DNA of 64,000 nucleotides, from contig CBDCXM010000009.1 in NCBI GenBank assembly GCA_965223855.1, forward strand, positions 288,001 through 352,000, in the 5' to 3' direction. Both the position numbers and the translations under genes were made by a program. This DNA is from Candidatus Multivoradales bacterium. Lineage in GTDB: Bacteria > Acidobacteriota > Thermoanaerobaculia > Multivoradales > JAHEKO01. Below are positions 51,069-61,370 of this stretch, piece by piece. The notes beneath the pieces are model-generated. The model had not been told where the DNA came from. It made no database searches and saw only the letters and a list, made by a program, of their open reading frames with translations. Each line of letters starts with the position of its first letter. The stretch's first letter is position 1.

Positions 51069-51281
51069 CGGCATCTCCTCCGACAGGGCACGACTTCGTC
51101 CGATCGGTTCACGGGCGAAGCGTATCCGAGCCTCCCGGAAGCGAGCGGCTCGCGCTCGATCGGACGCCCTCAGCGAAGGATTCCGGCCGCACGAACATCT
51201 CTCAAGGGTGTGACCCAGCGCCCCGTCCGGAAGCGGCGCTTCAGCCAACACCCCCGAATGAACCCGAGAGGAGCCCACAAG

Positions 51282-52283
51282 ATGAAAGCCCGAAACCGAG
51301 CGAAGCGCCTGGCCGTGACGACGCTACTCGCCCTCTTCATCCTGCCCGCGATCGTCAGCGCCGCAACGCCCTGCAAACAGACCTCGCTCGCCATGCGCAA
51401 GAGCTGCAAGAACGAGGCGCGCGAGGAGTACTGGGTCGAGGTCGGGATCTGCCGCAACGTCGACCCTGCCGACGAACCGCAGTGCCTCGCCGACGCGCTG
51501 GCGGCGAAGGACGAGGCGCTCGAGGAGTGCACCGACGTCTACCGCTCGCGCAACAAGCTGTGCCACGACCTCGACGAGGATCGCTACGACCCCGACTTCG
51601 ACCCGGCCGACTTCACCGACGTCTTCGACAACCGCAACGACTACCTGCCGATCGCCGTCGGCAATCGCTGGGTCTACGAGGGCGAGGACGAGACGATCAC
51701 CGTCGAGGTGCTCGACCAGACGAAGCTGATCGAAGACGTCACCTGCATCGTCGTCAACGACCTGGTGGAAGGGGAGGAAGCGATCGAGGACACCGACGAC
51801 TGGTTCGCGCAGGCCACCAACGGCGACGTTCACTACTGCGGTGAGATCTCGCGCGACTTCGAGATCTTCGAGGACGACGACCCGGCGCTGCCGGAGCTGG
51901 TGGCGATCGACGGCTCCTTCAAGGCGGGCCGCGACGGCTCCAAGTCGGGCATCCTGATGTTCGACTTCCCGCAGGTGGGGACGTACTACCGCCAGGAGTG
52001 GGCGCTCGGCGAGGCGGAGGACGCCGCCGTCGTCATGTCCAACAACTACTCCTACGGCGACGATCCCGATCTCGACGCCTTCGTGCCGCAGGACCTCGCC
52101 GACGCGATGTGCGATGACGACTGCGTCGTCACGCGCGACTACACGCCGCACGATCCCGGCGAGTACGAGCTCAAGTACTACGCTCCCGGCGTCGGCCTCT
52201 TCCTCGAGACCAAGCCCGAGGACGGTGAGGTCGTCGAGATCGTCGAGTGCAATCTCGGCGGGCGCTGCAACGACATCCCCTAG
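51282..52283 (+). CDS. hypothetical exported acidic, Cys-rich protein
   Basis: GAGGAG RBS; signal peptide; periodic Cys in a helical N-terminus; NDYLPIAVGNRWVYEG and LKYYAPGVGL beta domain. Confidence 0.75.
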   Translation: MKARNRAKRLAVTTLLALFILPAIVSAATPCKQTSLAMRKSCKNEAREEYWVEVGICRNVDPADEPQCLADALAAKDEALEECTDVYRSRNKLCHDLDEDRYDPDFDPADFTDVFDNRNDYLPIAVGNRWVYEGEDETITVEVLDQTKLIEDVTCIVVNDLVEGEEAIEDTDDWFAQATNGDVHYCGEISRDFEIFEDDDPALPELVAIDGSFKAGRDGSKSGILMFDFPQVGTYYRQEWALGEAEDAAVVMSNNYSYGDDPDLDAFVPQDLADAMCDDDCVVTRDYTPHDPGEYELKYYAPGVGLFLETKPEDGEVVEIVECNLGGRCNDIP

Positions 52284-52335
52284 CGGGACTGGTCCGACGG
52301 TACTCGGGCCTGCATCCCCCGAGACGGATCGGACA

Positions 52336-52368
52336 GCGGCGCCGGCGGTTGCCGGCGCCGCCCTTTTT
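52336..52368 (+). terminator. intrinsic terminator
   Basis: GCGGCGCCGGC-GGTT-GCCGGCGCCGC stem followed by CCTTTTT. Confidence 0.75.
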
Positions 52369-53936
52369 CATTTCCGGTCGGCGGCGCCGCGAGCGAGGTC
52401 TCGCTGGCGACCGACGTCGGGGACCCTCAACTCCCGCTCGCCACGGAAGCGCGTCAGCAGGGCCTCGGACAGTCTCTCGTGGCTGACCCGGACCCTCTCG
52501 CCGGCCGCCAGCATCGCGTAGCCGTCTCCGCCGTTCGCCAGGAACTGGCTCGAGGCCACGGTGTAGAGGCGGTCGGGATCGAGCGGTTCGCCACCGACGC
52601 TTACCTCCTGCAACCGCTCTCCCGCCGGACGTCGCGAGTCGTAGGTCGTCTCGACCCCGGAGGCCTGAGCCAGTCCGTAGTGGAGGGCGTAGCCGTACTC
52701 GAGCAGCTCGTGCAACGCGCGGCCGTCGATCCGCGTTACGACGTAGGGGCCGATGAAGGGGTAGACGTTGAGGACCTCCTCGACCGTGATCTCCCCGGGA
52801 TTGAAGTCGGCCCGCAGGCTGCCCGAGTTGAAGATCGCGACGTCGACCCCCGAAGCCTCGCGAAGGGTGTCGGCGAGCAGGTTGCCGAGGTTCGATTCCC
52901 GGTAGTAACGGCGGAACGCCAGGCGATCGATCGACGCGACGACCTCCGTGAGTTCCGGATGCGCGTCCCGCGCCCGCCGGATCGCGTCGCGGGTCGCAGC
53001 GTCGGCCGGAAGATCCTCCGCCGCCACCGGCAGCAGCTCACCCTCCTCCAAAGTGACCGTTCCTTCCTCGACCGCGAGCCGCATCCGGCCGAGGTACTTC
53101 CCCTGACCGAAGGTGAGGCCGACGAGGGTTCCGGTGACAGGGTGGCGCGCCGGCTCCCACAGACCGTGGTCGGAGTGGCCGCCCAGGATGACGTCGACGC
53201 CGCGCAGCGTGCCGGCCATCGCCCAGTCCTCGTCGAACCCGCGCTGCACCTCCGGGTCGGCCTCCTTGTCGGTTTGCATCGGTGCCGTGCGGTTCTGGTG
53301 GGTCAGCACGACCACCAGATCGACCTCCCCCCGGAGCGCGTCGACCCACTGCTGGACGATCGGCGTCGGATCGCGCACCTCCAGCCCCTCGACGTGGGCC
53401 GGGTTGATCGCGTTGACGAAGGCGTCGACCCCCATCGCGCCGACGACGCCGACGCGGAACCCTTCCTTTTCGAGGATGGTGTAGGCGCGGGTGAACGGGA
53501 TGTCGGCCCCGGCGTAGAAGACGTTCGCGCACAGCACCGGGAAGCGCGCCCGCTGGTGGACCCGCCACAAGCTCTCCCAGCCGTACTCGAACTCGTGATT
53601 GCCGAGGTTGACGGCGTCGTAGCCCATCAGGCCGTAGAGGTCGAACGGCAGGCGGCCCTCGGTCGCCTGCGACAGCGCCCCGGTGTAGATGTCGCCCGCA
53701 TCGAAGAGGAAGCTCAGCTCCTCCTCTTCCCTGGTCTTCGCGATCAACGTCGCGAGGTGCGGGATGCCCCCGATCGCCTCGACCTGCGGGTCCCAGAACG
53801 CCTCGACCGGCTCGTAGACGCTCTCGATGTCGTTCGTATAGAGCAGCGTCACGGTCCGCGGCTCCGCCACCAGAGCGCTCGAGACGAGACCGACGAGGGC
53901 GGCGGTCAGCGCCCACCGAGGAAGCGGGACGGTCAC
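52368..53936 (-). CDS. bifunctional metallophosphatase / 5'-nucleotidase
   Basis: LYTND, DAGD, LGNHEF, LTH, GGHSD, ESNLGNLLAD, NSGSLR and FLANGGDGY motifs. Confidence 0.9.
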   Translation of the reverse strand: MTVPLPRWALTAALVGLVSSALVAEPRTVTLLYTNDIESVYEPVEAFWDPQVEAIGGIPHLATLIAKTREEEELSFLFDAGDIYTGALSQATEGRLPFDLYGLMGYDAVNLGNHEFEYGWESLWRVHQRARFPVLCANVFYAGADIPFTRAYTILEKEGFRVGVVGAMGVDAFVNAINPAHVEGLEVRDPTPIVQQWVDALRGEVDLVVVLTHQNRTAPMQTDKEADPEVQRGFDEDWAMAGTLRGVDVILGGHSDHGLWEPARHPVTGTLVGLTFGQGKYLGRMRLAVEEGTVTLEEGELLPVAAEDLPADAATRDAIRRARDAHPELTEVVASIDRLAFRRYYRESNLGNLLADTLREASGVDVAIFNSGSLRADFNPGEITVEEVLNVYPFIGPYVVTRIDGRALHELLEYGYALHYGLAQASGVETTYDSRRPAGERLQEVSVGGEPLDPDRLYTVASSQFLANGGDGYAMLAAGERVRVSHERLSEALLTRFRGERELRVPDVGRQRDLARGAADRK

Positions 53937-55528
53937 TCGCTCGCCCGACCTAGCCTTCCGTAGCTCGCCGCCTCGCCTTCGGCCGGCGTCGTCGCCTCGA
54001 TGAACTCCCTCAGGTGCTGGTTGGAGGTCTCGAGATCCTCGCGGCGCAAGTACATCATGTGCCCGCTTTCGTACCCCTCGAAACTCAGCCGTTCGCGCAA
54101 TCGACCGCTACGATCGAGATTCCACAGCACGTACTTGGCGGTGAAGTAGTCGGTGGCACCGTCGTAGTAGCCCGACTGGACCAGGACCTGGAGGAACGGG
54201 TTCTGCGCCATAGCGCGGCGCAGCTCCTCGGCGACGTCGTGCTCGCCGCGCCCCTCCCACGGCCGCACCGGGCCGAACAGGTTGTACTGGAGATCGGTCT
54301 CGAAGCCGAGCTCCTCGCGCAGGTAGTGGTTGATCGCCGGGGCGAAGGCGTGGTTCCACGAGGTGAGCTCCGGCGAGTAGTCGTAGCGCTCGCCAGCCGC
54401 CTTGCGGTCGATGCCGAGGTAGCGCGAGTCGAGCCGCCCGATGGTGAAGCCCTCGTCGCGCAGCAGCTCCTTCCAGAACGCCGACACCGGGATCGCCAGG
54501 TTGTGGTCGAGCACGAAGCGCTCCGAGACCCCGGCGTAGCGGGCGACCTGGCGGGCGATCTCGTCGCGCTCGCCCTCTTCGAGGAAACCGCCGCGCGCCA
54601 GCGCCGGCAGGTACTGATCGAGGGTGAAGGTCTCCGCCTGCTCCATCAGCGCGTGGAGATCGAGATTCTGGAGGTCGTCGTCGAGCTGGCCGTGGTAGTG
54701 AGCCGCGGCGGCGTAGTAGGGAAGCTTCAGGACCGAGGAGCGCGGCGCCGGACCCTCGGCCTCCATGCCGAGGCCGGTCGGCGAGACGAGGATCACGCCG
54801 TTGAGATACATCCAGTGACGCTCCTGGAGCTCGGCCGCGAGGCCGGAGACCCTCGTCGTGCCGTAGCTCTCGCCGATCAGGTATTTGGGCGAGCGCCAGC
54901 GTCCCTGGCGCGAGACGAAGACGTCGATCCAGTCGGCAAGGTAGGTGATGTCCGCCTCGACGCCGAAGAACGTCTCGCGATCGACCTCCGGGTCGAGCAC
55001 CCGCGAGAAGCCGGTGTTGGCCGGGTTGACGTAGACGATGTCGGCCACATCCAGCAGCGAGTACGGGTTGTCGCGCACACCGTACGGCTGGACAGGGAAG
55101 CCCTCGTCGTCGATCACCAGCACCTTGGGGCTGGTGTAGCCGAGATGCATCCACAGCGAGCCCGACCCGGGGCCGCCGTTGAACGAGACGAAGAGCGGCC
55201 TGCGGGTGTCGTCGGCGACGTCGCTGCGGCGGTAGTAGGTGTAGTGGAGCGCCGCGATGGTCGCGCCGTCCTCGCCGTAGACCGGCTGGGTCCCGGTGGT
55301 GACCTCGTAAGGCACCCGCCGGCCGAGGATCTCGACGGTCGCCGCCCTGGTCAGCGCGGTGTCGGCGGGGAGCTTGCGCTCTGGGAGGCTCTCCATCGGC
55401 GACTCGGCGCCCTTCATGCTCTCCTTGTCGTCCTCCGCAGCCGGCAGAGGGCTTCCGGTCAGGAAGGTGGCGGCGAGCAGAACGGCGCTCCACGAGCGCC
55501 GCAGCGAGAAAGCGCGTTCGTGCGACAT
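53933..55528 (-). CDS. peptidase S10 serine carboxypeptidase-like protein
   Basis: FNGGPGSGS, IGESYG, GYYD and GHMMY motifs; signal peptide. Confidence 0.92.
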   Translation of the reverse strand: MSHERAFSLRRSWSAVLLAATFLTGSPLPAAEDDKESMKGAESPMESLPERKLPADTALTRAATVEILGRRVPYEVTTGTQPVYGEDGATIAALHYTYYRRSDVADDTRRPLFVSFNGGPGSGSLWMHLGYTSPKVLVIDDEGFPVQPYGVRDNPYSLLDVADIVYVNPANTGFSRVLDPEVDRETFFGVEADITYLADWIDVFVSRQGRWRSPKYLIGESYGTTRVSGLAAELQERHWMYLNGVILVSPTGLGMEAEGPAPRSSVLKLPYYAAAAHYHGQLDDDLQNLDLHALMEQAETFTLDQYLPALARGGFLEEGERDEIARQVARYAGVSERFVLDHNLAIPVSAFWKELLRDEGFTIGRLDSRYLGIDRKAAGERYDYSPELTSWNHAFAPAINHYLREELGFETDLQYNLFGPVRPWEGRGEHDVAEELRRAMAQNPFLQVLVQSGYYDGATDYFTAKYVLWNLDRSGRLRERLSFEGYESGHMMYLRREDLETSNQHLREFIEATTPAEGEAASYGRLGRASE

Positions 55529-55588
55529 GGGACCTCCTTTGGAAGAGTCGAGCGCAACCTAGCACGCGGCAGGAAGGGCTAGACTCCC

Positions 55589-55630
55589 CCGACTCCGACG
55601 AGCCGACTCCGACGAACCGACCCCGATGAA
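55589..55630 (+). repeat. 3 x 14-bp tandem repeat overlapping the SGNH start
   Basis: CCGACTCCGACGAG / CCGACTCCGACGAA / CCGACCCCGATGAA. Confidence 0.6.
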
Positions 55631-56516
55631 CCCTCCCCACCCGCATCGCTCCGCGCTCCCCGGCCAGGCCTCCGATCACCGAGCCTCGGGCCGAAGTCGA
55701 TGGCGGCGCTACGTCGCCCTCGGCGACAGCTTCGCCGAAGGATTGGACGATCCTGACGGCAACGGCGGCTTCCACGGCTGGGCGGACCGGCTCGCGGCGC
55801 AGCTGGCCTTCGGCGAGGACGGCGTGCGCTACGCCAACCTCGCCATCCGCGGCCGGCGTACCCGCCGCATCCTCGACGAGCAGCTCGCCCCGGCGATCGC
55901 CCTAAAGCCCGACCTCGTGACGCTGTCGTGCGGCACCAACGACGTCGTAGCGCGGCGCTTCGACCTCGAGACGGTCGCGACCGACATCGAGCGGCTTCAT
56001 GCGGAGATCGCCGCGACCGGCGCCACCCTGGTCGCCTTCACCCTGCCGGACCTGTCACCGATCATGCTGCTCGGCCGCCTCGTCGCGCCCCGGGTTCGGG
56101 CGCTCAACGAGGCGATCCGCGAGATCTCCCGGCGCAGCGGCGCCCGGCTGCTCGACTTCGATCCCTATCCGATCGTCGGCGATCCGCGGATGTGGAGCGC
56201 CGATCGACTGCACGCCAACAGCGCCGGCCACCGGCGGATCGCGGGGGCGATCGCCCACCTCCTCGATCTTCCCGACAGCAACGAGAGCTGGGCAGAGCCG
56301 CTCCCCGAGGTTGCCGCCCCATCCGCTGCACGCCGTCTCGCCCTGGAAGCCCGCTGGGCCTCGGACTACCTCATTCCATGGTGGTGGCGCCATCTGCGAG
56401 GTCGTTCGTCGGGTGACAGCGTCGTGGCCAAGCGGGCGACCCTGGAGACGGTGAAGGGCACCCCACTCGAAGCGCTCGTCGGCGCGGAAGGCAACCGCGA
56501 CGCGCAGCTGGCGTAG
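55626..56516 (+). CDS. SGNH/GDSL hydrolase
   Basis: ALGDSFAEG, NLAIRG, GTND and DRLH blocks. Confidence 0.9.
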   Translation: MNPPHPHRSALPGQASDHRASGRSRWRRYVALGDSFAEGLDDPDGNGGFHGWADRLAAQLAFGEDGVRYANLAIRGRRTRRILDEQLAPAIALKPDLVTLSCGTNDVVARRFDLETVATDIERLHAEIAATGATLVAFTLPDLSPIMLLGRLVAPRVRALNEAIREISRRSGARLLDFDPYPIVGDPRMWSADRLHANSAGHRRIAGAIAHLLDLPDSNESWAEPLPEVAAPSAARRLALEARWASDYLIPWWWRHLRGRSSGDSVVAKRATLETVKGTPLEALVGAEGNRDAQLA

Positions 56517-56527
56517 TTCATCTTCGA

Positions 56528-57280
56528 ATGGAGACGCTTCCGGTCCACTGGGACCACCTCCTTGTCGCCGTAGTGGCGGTCGCGCTGCCGCTCTACTCGA
56601 ACCTCACCTGGCAGGCCACCCGGCGGGCGATCGAGAGTCGCGGCGAGCCGGCGCGAGTCGCCTTCTATCGCGAGGAGGCCTGCTGGCAGCTCGCCGTCTC
56701 GCTCGCGATCGCGATCCGCTGGGCCGCTGCCGGTCGCAAGTGGTCCGAGCTCGGCCTCGGCCCTCTCGCCGGCGGACCGTGGGCGCTGCTCGCGCTGGCC
56801 GTCGTCGTTGCCGTCGTCGCGTTCCTTTGGCGTCAGTACCGGGCGGTCCACGGCGGGCGGGCGGACCTGTCGCAGGTCGCGGAGCAGCTCGACCAGCTCG
56901 GCCCCCTGCTGCCCGACACGCCTATCGAGCGCTCCTGGTACAAGGCCGTATCGGTCGGTGCCGGTGTCGCCGAGGAGCTCTTCTGGCGCGGCTTCATGCT
57001 CTGGTACCTCACCCCATGGCTCGGCCTCGGTTGGAGCGCGGTGGTCTCCGCCGTCGCGTTCACCCTGCTCCACCTCTATCAGGGGTGGAAACAACTCCCG
57101 GGGGTCGCTGTCGGCTCGACCGTCGCCACGGTGCTGAGACTCGCCACCGGCACCGTTTGGGTGCCGATGCTCCTCCACGCCGCCGGGGATTGGTTCCAGG
57201 GGCTTACCGCTGCGGAAGCGCGACGACAGCTCACCTCGACCGCAGCGGCTGAGCAGGTCGAGACTCCGGTCACCCGGTAG
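56528..57280 (+). CDS. CPBP (CAAX/Abi) family intramembrane metalloprotease
   Basis: AEELFWRG, FTLLHLYQG and LHAAGD motifs; multiple TM. Confidence 0.88.
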   Translation: METLPVHWDHLLVAVVAVALPLYSNLTWQATRRAIESRGEPARVAFYREEACWQLAVSLAIAIRWAAAGRKWSELGLGPLAGGPWALLALAVVVAVVAFLWRQYRAVHGGRADLSQVAEQLDQLGPLLPDTPIERSWYKAVSVGAGVAEELFWRGFMLWYLTPWLGLGWSAVVSAVAFTLLHLYQGWKQLPGVAVGSTVATVLRLATGTVWVPMLLHAAGDWFQGLTAAEARRQLTSTAAAEQVETPVTR

Positions 57281-57404
57281 TCACCCTTCACCCTGCTCGC
57301 GGGCCTCGAGGGGCTCGGCCTGCGTCCGAGTACACTCAGGTATCGGACGGAAGTGCACCGAAACGACGACTGCCGTCGGCTACAGAGGCAGAAGCAACCC
57401 GGGA

Positions 57405-58706
57405 GTGGCTCGATTGGAGAAGGACGAGTCCTTCATCGGTCGCCGAGGCGCCTGGTCGGGCCGAGTTCGCAAGACGATACCGGCGCTCTTCGCTGCCCTT
57501 CTGATCGGCTCCGCAGCCGCCGCGCTACCGCCAGGTACTGCCCGGAACTGGTCCGAAGACCTCGACCAGTACGCCCGAGTCCTCGAGGAGAGGCACATCG
57601 ACCTCTACCACGCGGTGCCCAAGGCTGAGTTCCTCTCGGAGGTCGAAGCTCTCAAGGCGAGACTCCACGAGTTCGACGACGTCGAGGTCGTCGTCGAACT
57701 GATGCGGCTGACCCGTCGCGTCGGAGACGGCCACACCGCCATTCCGCTCTGGGACCGCGACTACCAGCGCTTCCCTTTCGAGGTCGTCTACCTCGACGGA
57801 CAGGTCCTCGTCGTCGGAGCGTCGACGAAGCACCGGGGCCTGCTCGGCGCCCGACTCATCTCGATCGACGGCCATCCGGTTCGAGAGATCGCCGATGCAC
57901 TCTCCGGAGTGGTTCCGTTCGTCGAGAACCCCTACTCGGAGAGGATTCGGGTAGGCGGGTACTTCATGCTCGCCGACCTCCTCCATGCCCTCGGGATGAC
58001 GGCCGAGAAGGGCCGCGCCGAGTTCGTCTTCGATCTCGAAGACGGGTCGACGACCCTCCGAGTCGACGCCAGGGCACCTGGCGACCTCGGCATCGACCAG
58101 GCTACGCGCCTCAGCCTCCAGAGCTTCGAGGAGCACCACGAGATCGCAAGGGGTGGACCCGGCGCCTGGGCCTCGTCCCTGGACGCGGGCAGGACGGTGT
58201 TCGTCTACCTGAAGCGGTATCCCGACGCGGACGCCTTCGATCGCTTCGGCCAGACCGTCGTCGACTTCATCGACGAGAATCAGTCCACAAACCTGATCAT
58301 CGATCTCCGCGACAGCTACGGCGGAGACTTCTTCTCCGGTCTGAACTTCGCGTCATGGCTCGTCACGGCAGACTCGATCGACTGGCGGTCCGGGGTCTAC
58401 ACCCTGATCGGTCACCGGACGTTCTCCGCCGCGATGAGCAACAGCGTGCAGTTCCGTCAGATCCTCAACGCACGGCTTGTCGGCCAACCGACCGGCGCGC
58501 GACCGTGCGGGTATCAGGACGGCGGCTCCTTCCATCTCGATCACTCGGGGCTTCTGGTCCTGTACTCGAAGCGCCGCTACTGCTTCGAGGACACCCATGC
58601 TCCTGCCGTGACGCCGAGCGTCTCGATCCCCCTCCGCCTCGAGGACTATCTGACGGGACGCGACCGGGTCATGGAGTGGGTGCTGGAGGACATCGGCAGG
58701 CGATAG
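57405..58706 (+). CDS. S41-peptidase-like exported protein (start uncertain)
   Basis: VGDGHT, IIDLRDSYGG, GHRTFSAAM and VGQPTG motifs; same family as 21243-22742. Confidence 0.72.
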   Translation: MARLEKDESFIGRRGAWSGRVRKTIPALFAALLIGSAAAALPPGTARNWSEDLDQYARVLEERHIDLYHAVPKAEFLSEVEALKARLHEFDDVEVVVELMRLTRRVGDGHTAIPLWDRDYQRFPFEVVYLDGQVLVVGASTKHRGLLGARLISIDGHPVREIADALSGVVPFVENPYSERIRVGGYFMLADLLHALGMTAEKGRAEFVFDLEDGSTTLRVDARAPGDLGIDQATRLSLQSFEEHHEIARGGPGAWASSLDAGRTVFVYLKRYPDADAFDRFGQTVVDFIDENQSTNLIIDLRDSYGGDFFSGLNFASWLVTADSIDWRSGVYTLIGHRTFSAAMSNSVQFRQILNARLVGQPTGARPCGYQDGGSFHLDHSGLLVLYSKRRYCFEDTHAPAVTPSVSIPLRLEDYLTGRDRVMEWVLEDIGRR

Positions 58707-58776
58707 GAGTCCCTGCAGGACCGGCTCGTCCTCTGTCCCACGCGGCCACGTCGAGGTCGGGGCCGTTCGCCCCGGG

Positions 58777-59979
58777 CTAGCTCGACGGGAGCGCCGATTC
58801 GATCGCGCGACGGATCTTCTCCGCCCGATCGGGCGACGCCCCCAGCTCCTTGTAGACCAGCCTCCCGGACGGATCGACGACCGCAACGCCCGGCTGCCAG
58901 GGTAGATCGAGAGCGCGTGCCAGCTCCTCTCCTCCGAGCAGCAGCGGATAGGGAGCCTCGACTTCGCGCCAGTACGCCTGCGGATCTCCGGTCTCGAAGA
59001 CGTTCACGCCGAGGAAGGTGACCGGCTGGTCGGCGAGCGAAGCCGCGAGACGACGGGTGTCGGGCCCCATCGAACGGCACAGCAGGCACCACGTGTTCCA
59101 GAAGTCGAGCACGACCACCCGCCCCCGAAGCGATGCCAGATCGATGCGCTCGCCGTCGGGGGTCGCGAGATCGAAGCCGGGGGCGCGCGCACCGAGAGCG
59201 CTGCCGACCACGGCCTCCACCGGGCCACCCCCGGAGGCGACCGGACTCAGCCGGAAGAGATCGCGCGGCAGGTCGGCCTCCGCGTTCACTCCCGACAGAG
59301 AGAAGGTCATGGCCGGCGTGGTCGATCCCCCCGGCCAGTACCCGCGCAGGGGGAGCAGGGAATCGCGTCCGATGGCCCACTCGACGGACGAAGGGGCTCC
59401 GCCGTCGGGCCGCATCTCTACCCGGATCACGTCGCACACCTCACCGTCCACCGTGTCGACGCCGACGACCACGCTCGTCGAGGTCGGAGCCAGCTCCTTC
59501 CAGAAGGGTTGCGCCTCGATGAACTCGGGCAGAAAGCCGTAGACGGCGGTGGCTGCGAGCCGGTTGGCGCCGTCGCCGACCGGCGCCGTCCGCACCACCC
59601 CATCGTCGCCCTCGGTCGCCCAGGCGTTCTCGCCGTCGACCGCATAGGCGAACCGTCTCTCTTCGATGCCGAACTCCGGCTGCGCGTGGACCGTGCCTTC
59701 GACGCGGTACCAGCTGTCGGCGGCGTCGGTGCGCCGCATCATGCGGGTGGTGCCGGTGAGAAACCCGGTCGGATCCTCTGGGCCACCCCACTGGAAGTCG
59801 TAGGAGACCGCCGGCGTGGCAAGGATCGCTGCCGCGGAAGCGCGGAGGAGATGTTCCGCCGAATCCTCCATGGCCGAGGCGGCCGGCTCCCGCTGGGAGC
59901 AGCCGGTCAAAGCCAGGGCTACCGAAAGCAGGAGGGCGAACCGCTCGATGCGACGTCGTGCGTGCCTCACGGCACTCAT
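58777..59979 (-). CDS. lipoprotein: LolA-like N-terminal domain + TlpA/redoxin domain
   Basis: Lipobox LTGC; APGFDL, VVLDFWNTWCLLC (CxxC) and WQP...VVDPSG motifs. Confidence 0.8.
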   Translation of the reverse strand: MSAVRHARRRIERFALLLSVALALTGCSQREPAASAMEDSAEHLLRASAAAILATPAVSYDFQWGGPEDPTGFLTGTTRMMRRTDAADSWYRVEGTVHAQPEFGIEERRFAYAVDGENAWATEGDDGVVRTAPVGDGANRLAATAVYGFLPEFIEAQPFWKELAPTSTSVVVGVDTVDGEVCDVIRVEMRPDGGAPSSVEWAIGRDSLLPLRGYWPGGSTTPAMTFSLSGVNAEADLPRDLFRLSPVASGGGPVEAVVGSALGARAPGFDLATPDGERIDLASLRGRVVVLDFWNTWCLLCRSMGPDTRRLAASLADQPVTFLGVNVFETGDPQAYWREVEAPYPLLLGGEELARALDLPWQPGVAVVDPSGRLVYKELGASPDRAEKIRRAIESALPSS

Positions 59980-60114
59980 CCTAGAACGAGGCCGCAGAGA
60001 CTTCGGTCGAAGTTCTCGGAACTTTCCCCTCCGAGGTCGCGTACTCAACTACAGAGCAGCAGTTGTGCTGACACCGCCGGCGGCTGGGAGACCGCCACGA
60101 AAAGGGTCGAGACA

Positions 60115-61359
60115 ATGAGTGACGAGACGAAGCAGACGATCGACGCAGCCACGACGACTTCCGTTCTGGAGGGCTCGAGCCTCTGGCGCCAGTGGGCCGC
60201 CTTCATGGCGCTGACGCTGGCGCTGATGGCCGGCGGGCTGACGCTCACCGGCTGCGCCGGTGAAGCCAACGGCGACGACGAGGCCAAGGCCGAAGCGTCG
60301 GAGGACGGCGAGAAGAGCGCCGACGGCGAAGGTGAAGACGAGGAGGGCGACGAGACAGCCGCCATCCCCGTAGAGGTCGAGCCGGTCGCCACCGGCACCG
60401 TCGCCGCCTACGTGAGCGCGACCGCCAACCTGGTCGCCGAGAACGATGTCGCGGTGCTCTCCGAGGTCGAGGGCCGGGTCACCAGCCTTTCGGTCGACGA
60501 GGGGCACTACGTCCGCCAGGGGCAGGTGCTGGCGCGGCTCGACCCGAGCGACGAGCAGATCGCGCTGACCAAGGCGGAGCTGCGGCACGAGAACGCCAAG
60601 CTCGCCTACGACCGCAGCGAGGACCTGATGGCCAAGGAGCTCGTCAGCCGCGAGGAGCACGACAAGCTGACGGTCGACTTCCAGATCGCCCAGCAGGAGC
60701 TGGCCGAGGCGAAGTGGGCGCTGGCGCAGACCGTCATCAAGTCGCCGTTCTCCGGTCGAGTCACGCTGCGCGAAATCCAGCTCGGTCAGCACGTGCGCCC
60801 CGGCGATACGCTGTTCCAGATCACCGACTTCGATCCGCTGATCGCCCGCATCTACCTCTCCGAGAGCGACATCGTCGGCCTCACCGAGGGAACCGAGACG
60901 CGAATCCAGCTCAACGCCGATCCGAGCGTCGTGCTCGCCGGCCGGATCCGCCAGATCTCGCCGATCGTCGACACCGCCACCGGCACCGTCAAGGTGACGG
61001 TCGAAGCGAACGCGGTCTCGGGCGACGGTCCGCCGCCGGTGAGACCGGGTAGCTTCGTGTCGATCCACGTCGTCCGCGAAACCCACGAGAACGCCCTGAC
61101 CGTGCCGCGCGAGGCGGTGCTGCGCGAGCTGCAGGCGACCCACGTCTTCGTCACCGACGGAGCGACCGCCACCAAGAAGGCGATCCAGCTCGGCATCGAG
61201 GACGGCAATCGCGTGCAGGTGCTCGCCGGGCTCGAGGCTGGAGAGAACGTCATCGTCGCCGGCCAGGGCGGCCTGCGCGAGGGGACGAAGATCCGCGTCC
61301 TCGGTGACGAGAGCGACGCGACCGCCGAGACCGACGTCGACGTCGCGTCCGCGAGCTGA
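60115..61359 (+). CDS. RND efflux periplasmic adaptor (membrane fusion protein)
   Basis: Lipoyl-like halves EVEGRV..L.VDEG..V..GQVLARLD and IKSPFSGRV...GQHVRPGD; ISPIVD..TGT. Confidence 0.92.
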   Translation: MSDETKQTIDAATTTSVLEGSSLWRQWAAFMALTLALMAGGLTLTGCAGEANGDDEAKAEASEDGEKSADGEGEDEEGDETAAIPVEVEPVATGTVAAYVSATANLVAENDVAVLSEVEGRVTSLSVDEGHYVRQGQVLARLDPSDEQIALTKAELRHENAKLAYDRSEDLMAKELVSREEHDKLTVDFQIAQQELAEAKWALAQTVIKSPFSGRVTLREIQLGQHVRPGDTLFQITDFDPLIARIYLSESDIVGLTEGTETRIQLNADPSVVLAGRIRQISPIVDTATGTVKVTVEANAVSGDGPPPVRPGSFVSIHVVRETHENALTVPREAVLRELQATHVFVTDGATATKKAIQLGIEDGNRVQVLAGLEAGENVIVAGQGGLREGTKIRVLGDESDATAETDVDVASAS

Positions 61360-61370
61360 GGAGCGAAGCC

